NCBI GenBank assembly: GCA_963748215.1
Contig: CAVVHS010000006.1
Span: forward strand, 988,355-1,052,354
DNA length: 64,000 nucleotides
DNA from: an uncultured Gammaproteobacteria bacterium
GTDB taxonomy: Bacteria; Pseudomonadota; Gammaproteobacteria; UBA9214
Direction of reading: 5' to 3'
This document shows, one piece after another, positions 25,293 to 36,204 of the stretch. The notes below the pieces were generated by a model. That model made no database searches, was not told where the DNA came from, and worked only from the letters and a program-made list of their open reading frames with translations. Positions within the stretch are counted from its first letter, which is position 1. Every line of letters begins with the position of its first letter. The position numbers and the translations under genes are program-made.

Positions 25293-25439
25293 TCGCGCAA
25301 AGTTGCAAACACGCCAAGGGTCACTGCGCACGGAAACAAGGCCTTTGCTGAAAACCGTCAGGTCCGTCTTGTCGAAATTGCCTGCCATAATTGTATCCAT
25401 AATCTGGTTATTTCTTTGCGCCTTGGCGTCTTTGCGCGA
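25293..25439. repeat. MITE-like insert with imperfect CGCAAAG/CGCCAAG inverted ends between nuoJ and nuoK
   Basis: tcgcgcaaagttgcaaacacgccaag ... ctttgcgccttggcgtctttgcgcga flanking a lower-GC core. Confidence 0.65.
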
Positions 25440-25460
25440 TTTACTTTTCCTCTATTGGCT

Positions 25461-26067
25461 TTACTGCTTTTCCTCGGTCTTCATGCTGACCAGCCGCACG
25501 CGGTCGGCGCGCTTCACACTGACCTGCTGCGACGGGTCCTGGTACTTCGTTTCCGGGCGTTTGCGCATGGTCAGGGCAATGGCGGCGATAATCGCCACCA
25601 GCAGGATCACCGCGGCGATCTCGAACGGGTACACGTAATCGGTATACAGCACGCTGCCGAGTTCACGGATGTTGCTGTAGCCCTCCCCGTGGCGTGCAGG
25701 AATGGCCACCACGTCGCTGCCGAAATGCTTCGCGCCGACCACCATGAACATCTCGGCGAAAATCAGCAGCGCCACCGTCGCGCCGAGCGGCAGGTAGCGC
25801 ACGAATCCCTCGCGCAATCGGCGAGGTGTTGATATCGAGCATCATCACCACGAACAGGAACAGCACCATGACCGCGCCGACATAGACCAGCACCAGCGCG
25901 ATGGCGAGGAACTCGGCCTCCAGCAGCAGCCACAGGCCGGCGCAGGTGAAAAACGCCAGCACCAGGTACAGCGCCGCATGCACCGGGTTGCGCACGGTGA
26001 TCACACGCCCGGCGGCGAACACCAGGATGGCGGCGAAGATATAGAAGATGATGCGTTCGTAATCCAT
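25461..26067 (-). CDS. nuoJ: NADH-quinone oxidoreductase subunit J (apparent frameshift near 25820)
   Basis: [50 protein letters not shown]. Confidence 0.93.
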
Positions 26068-26557
26068 CAGCGGTACCTCGCATCCTGTTTCCGGTCGGCG
26101 GCAATCTGCGCCTCGTACTTGTCGCCGATGGCCAGCAGCATTTCCTTGGTCATGATGTTCTCGCCGCGGTTCTCGAAGTGATATTCGAATATCGCGCGTC
26201 TCGACAATGGAATCGACCGGGCAGGACTCCTCGCAAAAACCGCAGTAGATGCACTTGAACAGGTCGATGTCGTAGCGCGTGGTGCGGCGCGTGCCGTCGG
26301 CGCGCTGCCTCCGCCTCGATGGTGATCGCCAGCGCCGGGCATACCGCCTCGCACAGCTTGCAGGCGATGCAGCGCTCCTCGCCGTTCGGATAGCGGCGCA
26401 GCGCATGCAGGCCGCGGAAGCGGTGCGACTGCGGGGTCTTCTCCTCCGGGTACTGCACCGTGATCTTGCGCGCGAACAGGTAGCGCCCGGTCAGGCGCAT
26501 GCCCTGGATCAGTTCCCAGAGGAAAAGACTTTTCAGAAAGCTGGTAAACCCGTCCAT
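26067..26557 (-). CDS. nuoI: NADH-quinone oxidoreductase subunit I (apparent frameshifts near 26310 and 26195)
   Basis: [21 protein letters not shown] and [12 protein letters not shown] 4Fe-4S motifs in different frames. Confidence 0.93.
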
Positions 26558-26572
26558 TGCTGCGCGCCTCCC

Positions 26573-27717
26573 TCAGTCGAACCACGGGGCGATGTTCAGC
26601 ACCACCGCGGCGCCTTCCACCACCATCCAGACGATGGTGATCGGAATGAACACCTTCCAGCCCAGGCGCATGATCTGGTCGTAGCGGTAGCGCGGAAAGG
26701 TGGCGCGGAACCACAGGAAGAACAGCAGGAACAGCGAGGTCTTCGCGCAACAGCCAGTAGAATGCCCGGCAGCCCAGGCCGGATACCGGTCGTCCAGACC
26801 GTCGGCATGACCCTGGAACGGCGACAGCCAGCCGCCGAGGAACATCAGTGCGGTCAGCGCCGCGATCAGGATCATGTTGGCGTACTCGGCGAGGAAGAAC
26901 ACCGCGAAGGCCATGCCGGAATACTCGACGTGGAAACCGGCGACGATTTCCGACTCGCCCTCGGCGACGTCGAACGGCGCGCGGTTGGTCTCCGCCACGC
27001 CGGAGATGAAGTACACCAGGAACAGCGGCAGCAGCGGCAACCAGAACCAGTGCAGCACGCTGCCCTGCTGCGCCTGCACGATTTCACCCAGGTTCAGGCT
27101 GCCGCCGGCCATCAGCACGCCGACCAGCGCGAAGCCCATGGCGATTTCGTAGGACGACGATCTGCGCCGCCGAGCGCATGGCGCCGAGGAAGGCGTATTT
27201 CGAGTTCGACGCCCAGCCGGCGATGATGACGCCGTAGACGCCGACCGAGGTCAGCGCCAGGATATACAGCAGGCCGGCATCGATGTTGGCCAGCACCAGC
27301 GTCATCGGTGAACGGCATCACCGCCCAGGCGGCCAGCGCCGGCGCGATGGACAGCATCGGCGCGACGATGAACAGGAAACGGTTGGCGTTGGTCGGGACG
27401 ATGATTTCCTTGATCAGCAGCTTGAGGGCGTCGGCAATCGGCTGCAGCCAGCCGCGCGGTCCGACCCGGTTCGGCCCGATGCGCACCTGCATGTAGCCGA
27501 TGATCTTGCGCTCGGCGAAGGTCAGGTAGGCCACGCCCAGCATCAGCGGCACCAGGATCAGCACGATTTTCACCAGCGAATACAGTACCGCACTGCCCTT
27601 GATGAAATCCCAGTAATGCACACCGAGCATGACGGCGGCCGCACCCGCAACTGCCAGCACCAGCAGCGTGACGACCCAGTGTCCCGTGTAGGATTTTTTC
27701 AGTGTGGTCTCGTTCAT
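26573..27717 (-). CDS. nuoH: NADH-quinone oxidoreductase subunit H with N-terminal hydrophobic extension (apparent frameshifts)
   Basis: [63 protein letters not shown]. Confidence 0.93.
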
Positions 27718-27727
27718 GGCCGCGTGC

Positions 27728-30127
27728 TCACACCCGTTCGATAGTGACCGGCCCGAAGGCCGCACCCAGCGAGGCCGCGGCCACGGTACCGGCCTGGATC
27801 CAGAGGCAACCGTCGGCCACGCGCTCATCGATGCAGACATCCATCACCTTGCTGGCGTCACCCTGCGTGACGGTCACGGTGAAGCCATCGCGCACACCGG
27901 CAAGTTCCGCCTGGCGTGAGTTGAGGTGTACCAGGGCGGCCGATCCGGCATCCGGCGTCATCTGCAATGCCGCGGCACGCCGCACCAGTGCATCGGCCGA
28001 GTTGATCGCCACGTCGCCGATACGCTCCAGGCCGTCGCCGGTCTGCCCGGTCGCGACCGGGCCCGGCGGCTGCGTATTGTCCAGGTTGAGGGTGCCGGCC
28101 TGTCCCAGCAGCGTATCGCGGACCTCCTCGCTGCTGTTCTGCCCGAAGCCATCCAGCCCGAACTGGTTACCGAGCACGCGCAGCACCTTCCAGCCGGGGC
28201 GACTGTCGCCCACCGGGCTGGCCACGCCGCTGAAACTCTGCCAGCGGCCCTCGGCATTGATGAAGGTGCCGGAGGTCTCGGTGAAGGGACCGATCGGCAG
28301 CAGTACGTCGGCAACTTCCTGCATGGCCTCGCTGGCCCACGGGCTGATGGAGACCACGAAACCAGCCGCATTCATGGCCTCTAAGGCCTGCGCCGGATCG
28401 TTGCAGTCATGCGCCGGCTCGACGTTGAACAGCAGGTAGGCCTGGCGCGGATTCGCCAGCATCGACTGCGCATCGAGGCCCGGCGTCTTGACGCGGCTGC
28501 CGGCGGGTCCGCGGTGCGGCAGCGCGCCGGCCAGCCAGGCGCCGGTGCTGTTGGCAGCCTCCGGCAGGATGCCCAGCACGGCATCGCTGTGTTGCGCGAT
28601 CACGCCGGCCAGCGCCTTGAGCAATGCATACTGCGGGTGTGCGCCGGCGACCGCGCCCAGCAGCACGGTGGCATGGGCGGCACCGCGCAGCGCGGCGGCC
28701 ATGGCGCGCTGCGTGTCGTCCGGGCTGGCGGCGGTGATGGCGGCCCTGACGTCTGCGGCAGCATCCCGGCCGGCATCCGGATAGCAGGCCGCGATCCCGG
28801 CCAGCGTGGCGACCAGTCGCGACGGCGCTGTTATGGCCTTCGCATGCACGGGGAACAGGAATTCGTAATCGACCGGGTTGACGAACATGACCTCTGCGCC
28901 ATTCAGCGCGGCCTTGCGCAGGCGGTGACCGGCCAGCGGCAGGTCCTTGCGGATATTCGAGCCGATCACCAGCGCGGCCGACACGCTTTCCAGTCCGGCC
29001 AGCGACTGTCCCAGCGTCGGGCACAGCGGCGCCTGCTCCTGGTCGCAGAAGTCCGCCTGGCGCAGGCGGTGATCGATATTGTTGACGCCGATGCCGCGCG
29101 CGACGGCCTGCAGCAGTGACAGTTCCTCCAGCGTTGCGGTCGCTGAGGCCAGCACGCCGACCTGCTCCGCGCCGCTGCTGTTGATCACGCCGCGCACGCC
29201 GTCGACGACGGCCTGCAGTGCGCTTTCCCAGTCGGTGCGCTGCCAGTTGCCGTCGACCCTGATCATCGGCTCGCTCACGCGGTCCGCGCTGTACAGGCCC
29301 TCGTAGCTGAAGCGGTCGCGGTCGGACAGCCACACCTCGTTGACCGCCTCGTTTTCGCGCGGCACCACGCGCATCACCTGGCCACGCCGGGTGTGCACGA
29401 AAATATTCGAGCCGATGGCATCGTGCGGTGCGATGGTGGCGTGCTGCTGCAATTCCCAGGCGCGCGCCTTGAAGCGGAACGGGCGCGAGGTGAGCGCACC
29501 GACCGGGCAGACATCGATCACGTTGCCGGACAGCTCGGACTCCAGCGAGGTCTCGATATAGGTGCCGATTTCCATGTTCTCGCCGCGCCCGGTCGCGCCG
29601 AGTTCCATCTTGCCGGCCACCTCGCGCAGCATGCGGATACAGCGCGTGCAGTGGATGCAGCGCGTCATGTCGGTGGCGATCAGCGGGCCGATATACTTGT
29701 CCTGGACCACGCGCTTCTTTTCGGCGAAGCGCGAGATATCACGGCCGTAGCCCAGCGCCAGGTCCTGCAATTCGCATTCGCCGCCCTGGTCGCAGATCGG
29801 ACAGTCCAGCGGGTGATTGATGAGCAGGAATTCCATCACCGCCTTCTGCGCGCCGGTCGCGATGTCCGAGCGGGTGAAGACCTTCATGCCCTCGGTAACC
29901 GGGGTGGCGCAGGCCGGCAGCGGTTTCGGCACCTTCTCGACCTCGACCATGCACATGCGGCAGTTGGCCGCGATCGACAGCTTCTTGTGATAGCAGAAAC
30001 GCGGTATCGGGATGCCGGCGGCGTCGGCCACCTCGATGATCATGGCGCCCTTGCGTGCCTTGAACGGCTTGCCATCGATCTCGATACTGACGAGATCCTC
30101 TGCCGGGATTTCGGCTTGCGCGCTCAT
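27728..30127 (-). CDS. nuoG: NADH-quinone oxidoreductase subunit G
   Basis: [39 protein letters not shown]. Confidence 0.97.
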   Translation of the reverse strand: MSAQAEIPAEDLVSIEIDGKPFKARKGAMIIEVADAAGIPIPRFCYHKKLSIAANCRMCMVEVEKVPKPLPACATPVTEGMKVFTRSDIATGAQKAVMEFLLINHPLDCPICDQGGECELQDLALGYGRDISRFAEKKRVVQDKYIGPLIATDMTRCIHCTRCIRMLREVAGKMELGATGRGENMEIGTYIETSLESELSGNVIDVCPVGALTSRPFRFKARAWELQQHATIAPHDAIGSNIFVHTRRGQVMRVVPRENEAVNEVWLSDRDRFSYEGLYSADRVSEPMIRVDGNWQRTDWESALQAVVDGVRGVINSSGAEQVGVLASATATLEELSLLQAVARGIGVNNIDHRLRQADFCDQEQAPLCPTLGQSLAGLESVSAALVIGSNIRKDLPLAGHRLRKAALNGAEVMFVNPVDYEFLFPVHAKAITAPSRLVATLAGIAACYPDAGRDAAADVRAAITAASPDDTQRAMAAALRGAAHATVLLGAVAGAHPQYALLKALAGVIAQHSDAVLGILPEAANSTGAWLAGALPHRGPAGSRVKTPGLDAQSMLANPRQAYLLFNVEPAHDCNDPAQALEAMNAAGFVVSISPWASEAMQEVADVLLPIGPFTETSGTFINAEGRWQSFSGVASPVGDSRPGWKVLRVLGNQFGLDGFGQNSSEEVRDTLLGQAGTLNLDNTQPPGPVATGQTGDGLERIGDVAINSADALVRRAAALQMTPDAGSAALVHLNSRQAELAGVRDGFTVTVTQGDASKVMDVCIDERVADGCLWIQAGTVAAASLGAAFGPVTIERV

Positions 30128-31426
30128 GCCGCCTCCCCTGCCGGTGCCCTGGCGCCCGCCAGGCAGCGCTTGTGGGTGATGTGGTATTCGAATTCGTCGC
30201 GGAAGTGGCGCAGAAAACCCTGCACCGGCCAGGCGGCCGCCTCACCGAAGGCACAGATCGTCTTGCCGGCGATCTGGTCGGCCGCGCTCAGCAGCAGGTC
30301 CAGATCCTCGGGACGGCCCTGGCCTTCCTCGATGCGCTTGATGATGCGGTGCATCCAGCCCGTGCCCTCGCGGCACGGCGTGCACTGCCCGCAGGACTCC
30401 GCATAGTAGAAGCGCGAAATGCGCATCGCGGCCTTCACCATGCAGGTGGTTTCGTCCATGACGATGACCGCGCCGGAACCCAGCGCGGAACCCGCCTTGG
30501 CCAGCGCAGTCGTAGTCCATGTCGCATTCCATGATGATGTCGGCGGGCAGCACCGGCATGGAGGAACCGCCCGGGATGACGGCCTTGAGCCGGTGACCGT
30601 CACGCACACCGCCGGCCATCTCGAGCAGCTCGCGGAATGGCGATGCCCATCGGAACCTCGAAATTGCCCGGCTTGTTGACGTGGCCGGACACGGAGAAGA
30701 TCTTCACGCCGCCGTTGTTCGGCTTGCCGAGGTTCATGAACCACTCGCCGCCGTTGCGCATGATCGCCGGCACCGAGGCCAGCGTCTCGGTATTGTTGAT
30801 GGTGGTCGGCTTGCCGTACAGGCCGAAGTTGGCCGGGAACGGCGGCTTGAAACGCGGCTGGCCCTTCTTGCCCTCCAGCGACTCCAGCAGCGCGGTCTCC
30901 TCGCCGCAGATATAGGCGCCCGCACCGAGGTGACTGTAGCAATCGAAATCCACGCCCGAACCGAGAATATCACGGCCCAGCAGGCCGGCTTCGTAGGCCT
31001 CCGGCGAGTGCCTGCTCGAAGCGCTCGAAGGGTTCGTGGTGGAATTCGCCGCGCATGTAGTTGTAGCCGACCGTCGCGCCCATGGCGTAGCCGGCGATGG
31101 CCATGCCCTCGACCAGCGCATGCGGATTGAAGCGCAGGATATCGCGGTCCTTGCAGGTGCCCGGCTCGGACTCGTCCGAGTTGCACACCACGTATTTCTG
31201 CACCGGGGCGTTGCGCGGCATGAAGCTCCACTTCAGGCCGGTCGGGAAACCCGCGCCGCCACGGCCGCGCAGGCCGGAGGCCTTGACCGTCTCGATGACC
31301 TCTTCCGGCGGGGATCTTTTCAGCCAGGATCTTCTTCCAGGCCTGGTAGCCGCCGACCTTGAGATAATTCTCCAGCGTCCATGGCTGGTCGAATTGCAGG
31401 GTGTCAAAACAGACCTGTACGCTCAT
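30124..31426 (-). CDS. nuoF: NADH-quinone oxidoreductase subunit F (several apparent indels)
   Basis: [52 protein letters not shown]. Confidence 0.94.
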
Positions 31427-31429
31427 CTG

Positions 31430-31933
31430 CTACTCCAGTCCGTCCAGGATGGCGTCGACCTTTTCCGGTGTCAGCCGTTCGTGGTAATGACCGTTCACCG
31501 TCATCATCGGGCCGCCGGAGCAGGCCGCCAGGCATTCCTCTTCCAGCTTCAGCGTGATGCGCCCGTCCGGCGTGGTCTCGCCCAGCCCGATACCGAGCTT
31601 TTTCTCGACGTGCTCGACCAGGCTTTCCGCCCCGCACAGCATGCAGGAGATATTGGTGCAGAGTGCCACCATGTTGCGGCCGACCGGCTCCAGCTCGATC
31701 ATCGAATAGAAGGTACCGACCTCGTAGACCTGCACCGGCAGCAAGCCGAGGTAGTCGGCCACGGCGTCCATCAGGTCGCGCGTGACCCAGCCGCCATTCT
31801 GTTCCTGGGCGGCCTGCAACGCGCACAGCACGGCAGACTGTCGCTGCTCCGCCGGATACTTCTCCAGCCATGCGTCGATCGTCGCACGTGTCTCGCTGTT
31901 CAGCAGGTCGGATTTGCGGGCCGGTGTCGTCAT
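31430..31933 (-). CDS. nuoE: NADH-quinone oxidoreductase subunit E
   Basis: MTTPARK start; CTNISC and ECLAAC 2Fe-2S ligands. The ORF track fuses it with out-of-frame nuoD. Confidence 0.94.
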   Translation of the reverse strand: MTTPARKSDLLNSETRATIDAWLEKYPAEQRQSAVLCALQAAQEQNGGWVTRDLMDAVADYLGLLPVQVYEVGTFYSMIELEPVGRNMVALCTNISCMLCGAESLVEHVEKKLGIGLGETTPDGRITLKLEEECLAACSGGPMMTVNGHYHERLTPEKVDAILDGLE

Positions 31934-33191
31934 CAGCGGTCGATCTCCCCGAACACGATATCCTGCGTGCCGATGACGGCGACCACGTCGGCCAGCATGT
32001 GGCCGCGCGTCATTTCGTCCATGGCCGACAGGTGCGCGAAACCCGGCGCGCGCACCTTCAAGCGGTAGGGCTTGTTGGCGCCGTCGGACACCAGGTACAC
32101 ACCGAACTCGCCCTTGGGGTGCTCGACAGCGGCATAGGCCTCGCCTGCCGGCACGCAGAAGCCCTCGGTGAACAGTTTGAAATGGTGAATCAGGGCTTCC
32201 ATGTCGGCCTTCATTTCCTCGCGGCGCGGCGGCGCGAGCTTGTGCGTCATCCAGCATGACCGGGCCGGGATTTTTGCGCAGCCAGTCGATGCACTGCCTG
32301 ATGATGCGGTTGGACTGGCGCATCTCCTCGATGCGCACCAGGTAGCGATCATAGCAGTCGCCGGTCACGCCGACCGGGATATCGAAGTCGCATGCGGTCA
32401 TAGACTTCGTAGGGCTGCTTCTTGCGCAGGTCCCATTCGATGCCGGAACCGCGCAGCATCGGGCCGGTGAAACCGAGCTGCAGGGCGCGCTCCGGGACTG
32501 ACCACGCCGATGCCGACCGTGCGCTGTTTCCAGATGCGGTTGTCGGTGAGCAGGGTTTCGTATTCGTCCACGCAGCCCGGAAAGCGCTTCGTGAAGGCCT
32601 CGATGAAATCCAGCAGCGAGCCCTGGCGGTCGGTCGTTCTTTCTGTCGACCTCGCGCTGGCTGTGCCACTTGGATGCCTGGTACTGCGGCATCATGTCCG
32701 GCAGGTCGCGGTAGACACCACCCGGGCGGTAATAGGTCGCGTGCATGCGCGTGCCGGATACCGCCTCGTAGCAGTCCATCAGGTCCTCGCGCTCGCGGAA
32801 GGCATACAGGAACACCGTCATGGCGCCGATATCCAGGCCGTGCGCGCCCAGCCACAGCAGGTGATTCAGGATGCGGGTGATTTCGTCGAACATCACGCGG
32901 ATGTACTGCGCCCGCAACGGCGGCTGCGACGCCGAGCAGCTTTTCCATCGCCAGCACGTAGCCGTGCTCGTTGCACATCATGGACACGTAGTCGAGCCGG
33001 TCCATGTAGCCGATGCTCTGGTTGAACGGCTTGCTCTCGGCCAGTTTCTCGGTGCCGCGGTGCAGCAGCCCGATGTGCGGATCGGCGCGCTCGATCACCT
33101 CGCCGTCCATTTCCAGCACCAGCCGCAGCACGCCGTGCGCGGCGGGATGCTGCGGGCCGAAGTTCAGGGTGTAGTTGCGGATCTCCGGCAT
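31933..33191 (-). CDS. nuoD: NADH-quinone oxidoreductase subunit D (several apparent indels)
   Basis: [43 protein letters not shown]. Confidence 0.94.
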
Positions 33192-33194
33192 ACG

Positions 33195-33953
33195 CTACTC
33201 CGTCGCCCCGGCTTCCGCCGCCGATTCCGGTTCGTCGGCGACCTGCATGAGATCGACCGACTCGACGCTTTCGGCACGGATCACCTTCGGCACCAGGACA
33301 CGCGGCTCGATGCTCACCGGCTGGTAGACCACGCGCTTCTTCTCGGCGTCGTAGATGACCTCGACGTTGCCGGACAGCGGGAAATCCTTGCGGAACGGGT
33401 GACCGATGAAACCGTAGTCCGTCAGCAGCCGGCGCAGGTCCGGGTGACCCTCGAACAGGATGCCGTACAGGTCGAAGGCCTCGCGCTCGTACCAGTTGGC
33501 GCTGTTCCAGATGTCGATAACCGAGGGTACCACCGGCAGGTCATCGCTCGGTGCGAACACCTTGAGGCGCAGGCGCCGGTTATTGCGCAGCGACAGCAGG
33601 TGGTAAACCGCGGCGAAACGGCGTGCAGTGCCCGGCTTCTCCAGCACCAGGTCCTCGGTGACGGCAGTCAGCCGGCCCGCGGTCCCCGGCTCGACGCCAC
33701 GGCTGAAGCCGGACGCCGTAGTCTCTTCGGTAGCCCACTCGTCGCGTCCGTAGTTGAGATAGTCGACACCGCACAGGTCGATCAGTGTCTCGAAGGCAAA
33801 GGCCGGTTCGTCGCGCAACGCCGTCGCGACCTCGTGCAGGGCGTCACCGGCCAGCTCCAGGGTCACCTCACCGACGGCATCGATCACGGCGTCCAGCCGG
33901 TCACCGAAGCGGTCCTGTAACTGCTCTGCGAGCTGTCGGGAGAGATCTGACAC
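33195..33953 (-). CDS. nuoC: NADH-quinone oxidoreductase subunit C
   Basis: [47 protein letters not shown]. Confidence 0.96.
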   Translation of the reverse strand: MSDLSRQLAEQLQDRFGDRLDAVIDAVGEVTLELAGDALHEVATALRDEPAFAFETLIDLCGVDYLNYGRDEWATEETTASGFSRGVEPGTAGRLTAVTEDLVLEKPGTARRFAAVYHLLSLRNNRRLRLKVFAPSDDLPVVPSVIDIWNSANWYEREAFDLYGILFEGHPDLRRLLTDYGFIGHPFRKDFPLSGNVEVIYDAEKKRVVYQPVSIEPRVLVPKVIRAESVESVDLMQVADEPESAAEAGATE

Positions 33954-33972
33954 GCAATGCTTCCTTCAGCCC

Positions 33973-34449
33973 CTAGCGGGCGATGGTGTTGGTTCGCTTT
34001 ATCTTGTTTTGCAGCTGTATGATTCCATACAGCAGCGCCTCGGCGGTGGGCGGACAGCCCGGCACGTAGATGTCGACCGGCACGATGCGGTCGCAGCCGC
34101 GTACCACGGAATAGGAATAGTGGTAGTACCCGCCGCCGTTGGCACAGGAACCCATCGAGATCACCCAGCGCGGCTCGGCCATCTGGTCGTAGACCTTGCG
34201 CAGCGCCGGTGCCATCTTGTTACACAGCGTGCCGGCCACGATCATCACGTCGGACTGGCGCGGGCTGCCGCGGAACACGATGCCGAAACGATCCAGGTCA
34301 TAGCGCGAGGCACCCGCCTGCATCATTTCCACCGCACAGCAGGCCAGGCCGAAGGTCATCGGCCACATCGAGCCGGTGCGCGCCCAGTTGATCAGGCTGT
34401 CGGCCGTGGTGGTGACGAAACCTTCCTTGAGCAGGCCCTCGACGCTCAC
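33973..34449 (-). CDS. nuoB: NADH-quinone oxidoreductase subunit B
   Basis: [33 protein letters not shown]. Start assigned to GTG 34449 ([10 protein letters not shown], 158 aa) rather than GTG 34524 inside the repeat. Confidence 0.95.
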   Translation of the reverse strand: MSVEGLLKEGFVTTTADSLINWARTGSMWPMTFGLACCAVEMMQAGASRYDLDRFGIVFRGSPRQSDVMIVAGTLCNKMAPALRKVYDQMAEPRWVISMGSCANGGGYYHYSYSVVRGCDRIVPVDIYVPGCPPTAEALLYGIIQLQNKIKRTNTIAR

Positions 34450-34477
34450 GTCAATGCTCTCGCGTCTGGACAGCAGG

Positions 34478-34998
34478 CCGGGATTCGGCACGCCAGCGTC
34501 GCTCGCGGACGTGCGCATCCCCACTGCGTGGGGCCCCTGCCTACTGCTCGCGCCCGCGCCTCAGGCATTGAGTCGATATCGGATAATTCCGGGATTCGGC
34601 ACGCCAGCGTCGCTCGCGGACGTGCGCATCCCCACTGCGTGGGGCCCCTGCCTACTGCTCGCGCCCGCGCCTCAGGCATTGAGTCGATATCGGATAATTC
34701 CGGGATTCGGCACGCCAGCGTCGCTCGCGGACGTGCGCATCCCCACTGCGTGGGGCCCCTGCTTACTGCTCGCGCCCGCGCCTCAGGCATTGAGTCGATA
34801 TCGGATAATTCCGGGATTCGGCACGCCAGCGTCGCTCGCGGACGTGCGCATCCCCACTGCGTGGGGCCCCTGCTTACTGCTCGCGCCCGCGCCTCAGGCA
34901 TTGAGTCGATATCGGATAATTCCGGGATTCGGCACGCCAGCGTCGCTCGCGGACGTGCGCATCCCCACTGCGTGGGGCCCCTGCTTACTGCTCGCGCC
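34478..34998. repeat. Tandem array, 111-bp unit x 4.7, between nuoA and nuoB
   Basis: Units start at 34478, 34589, 34700, 34811, 34922; identical except one C/T site (cctgcctact in units 1-2, cctgcttact in units 3-5). Confidence 0.97.
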
Positions 34999-34999
34999 G

Positions 35000-35356
35000 C
35001 TACTCCCATTCCAGCGCACCTTTTTTCCATTCGTAGATGAAACCGATCACCAGGATTGCCAGGAACACCAGCATGGCCAGGAAACCGAACATACCAATGG
35101 AGTCCAGCACCACTGCCCAGGGAAACAGAAAGGCGATTTCGAGATCGAACAGGATAAACAGGATGGCGACCAGGTAGTAGCGCACGTCAAAGCGCATGCG
35201 CGTGTCCTCGAAGGCCTCAAAGCCGCATTCGAAGGGCGAATTTTTCTCGCTGTCGGGCTTGTTCGGAGCCAGCAGAAAACCCAGTACGACCGGACCCACG
35301 CCCACGCCGATGCCGATGGCGATGAAGATCAGGATCGGAAGGTAGTTTTCCAGCAT
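35000..35356 (-). CDS. nuoA: NADH-quinone oxidoreductase subunit A
   Basis: [38 protein letters not shown]. Confidence 0.97.
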   Translation of the reverse strand: MLENYLPILIFIAIGIGVGVGPVVLGFLLAPNKPDSEKNSPFECGFEAFEDTRMRFDVRYYLVAILFILFDLEIAFLFPWAVVLDSIGMFGFLAMLVFLAILVIGFIYEWKKGALEWE

Positions 35357-35440
35357 CGTTCCCCTCGTGTCCGGCCAGGACCATTTTGCGCAGGCATCCA
35401 CCTGGTATTGTAGTGTCGGATGCGGCTAAAAAGATTGTGC

Positions 35441-35469
35441 AGTCTAGGCCAGCGTGCCACCACTGTCAA
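35441..35469 (-). promoter_or_regulatory. Putative sigma70 promoter of the nuo operon
   Basis: Minus strand TTGACA-17 nt-TAGACT. Confidence 0.7.
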
Positions 35470-35592
35470 GTTGGGATATGCCTGTTTTTTTCTTATATTT
35501 CAACAGATTAATTGGGTTATCGGGGTATAGAAAATCAGCATGCAGGCCACCTTGCCGCGCACGAAAAAATGGCCAGCACCTGCTGTTTGATT

Positions 35593-35677
35593 TGGTACCG
35601 ATGGCCGGACTCGAACCGGCACGGCTTGCGCCACTACCCCCTCAAGATAGCGTGTCTACCAATTCCACCACATCGGC
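35593..35677 (-). tRNA. tRNA-Leu (GAG)
   Basis: GCCGATGTGGTGGAATTGGTAGACACGCTATCTTGAGGGGGTAGTGGCGCAAGCCGTGCCGGTTCGAGTCCGGCCATCGGTACCA; long variable arm; leuU-like position after secG. Confidence 0.96.
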
Positions 35678-35710
35678 GTGGGTATGTTGTACAGGAAATG
35701 CAGCAGCGGA

Positions 35711-36172
35711 TTATTGAGGCAAGTCGTCCGCCACCGGGCCGCCCGGCTCCAGGGTGGCCGGCGCACCCGGCACGTCGCCGGCTGGCTGCGTCAGTGGCTC
35801 GGTAACCAAAGCTGGCAGATCGTCCGCCGCCGGCTGCGCCTGTTCCAGCTTGTCGGCGATTGCGGCCGTTTCCGCGGATTCCCGGGTCTGCTGCACCTGC
35901 TCCTCGATCTTGTCCGCGATGCCGAGGCTGGCCGAGCCGCTGTGGCGCACCAGCGGAGAGGCAATCAGCAGGCAGTTGAGAAAAAATACCGCCGCCAGGA
36001 TGCCCGTGGCGCGGGTCAGGAAAGAACCCGACCCGCGCGATCCGAACACGGTACCGGAGGCGCCGGCGCCGAATCCGGCGCCCATATCGGCACCCTTGCC
36101 CTGCTGCAGCATGACCAGCGTGATAATGCCGACCGAAACCAGGATCTGTATTGCCAGTAGTATGGAAAACAT
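35711..36172 (-). CDS. secG: Preprotein translocase subunit SecG
   Basis: LQQGKGADMGAGFGAGASGTVFGS.GS..FLTR.T. Confidence 0.95.
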   Translation of the reverse strand: MFSILLAIQILVSVGIITLVMLQQGKGADMGAGFGAGASGTVFGSRGSGSFLTRATGILAAVFFLNCLLIASPLVRHSGSASLGIADKIEEQVQQTRESAETAAIADKLEQAQPAADDLPALVTEPLTQPAGDVPGAPATLEPGGPVADDLPQ

Positions 36173-36204
36173 GGGCTTCCCGTTAGTTGATTAAGAGCAA
36201 TGAA

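Noticed and set aside
31430-32917. NuoD-NuoE fusion (495-aa ORF)
   Set aside because: Produced by nuoD frameshifts; nuoE has its own ATG overlapping the nuoD stop.
21407-33191. Pseudogenisation or programmed frameshifting of complex I genes
   Set aside because: Indels cluster by position, also hit pnp, dnaK and dnaJ, and share no slippery motif where examined. Sequencing error is simpler.
34478-34998. CRISPR array
   Set aside because: The 34-bp linkers are identical rather than unique spacers, the 77-bp core is too long for a CRISPR repeat, and no cas genes are present.
34009-35413. Plus-strand repeat-protein ORFs (343 aa and 345 aa)
   Set aside because: Antisense to nuoA/nuoB, and open only because the 111-bp unit lacks stops in those frames.
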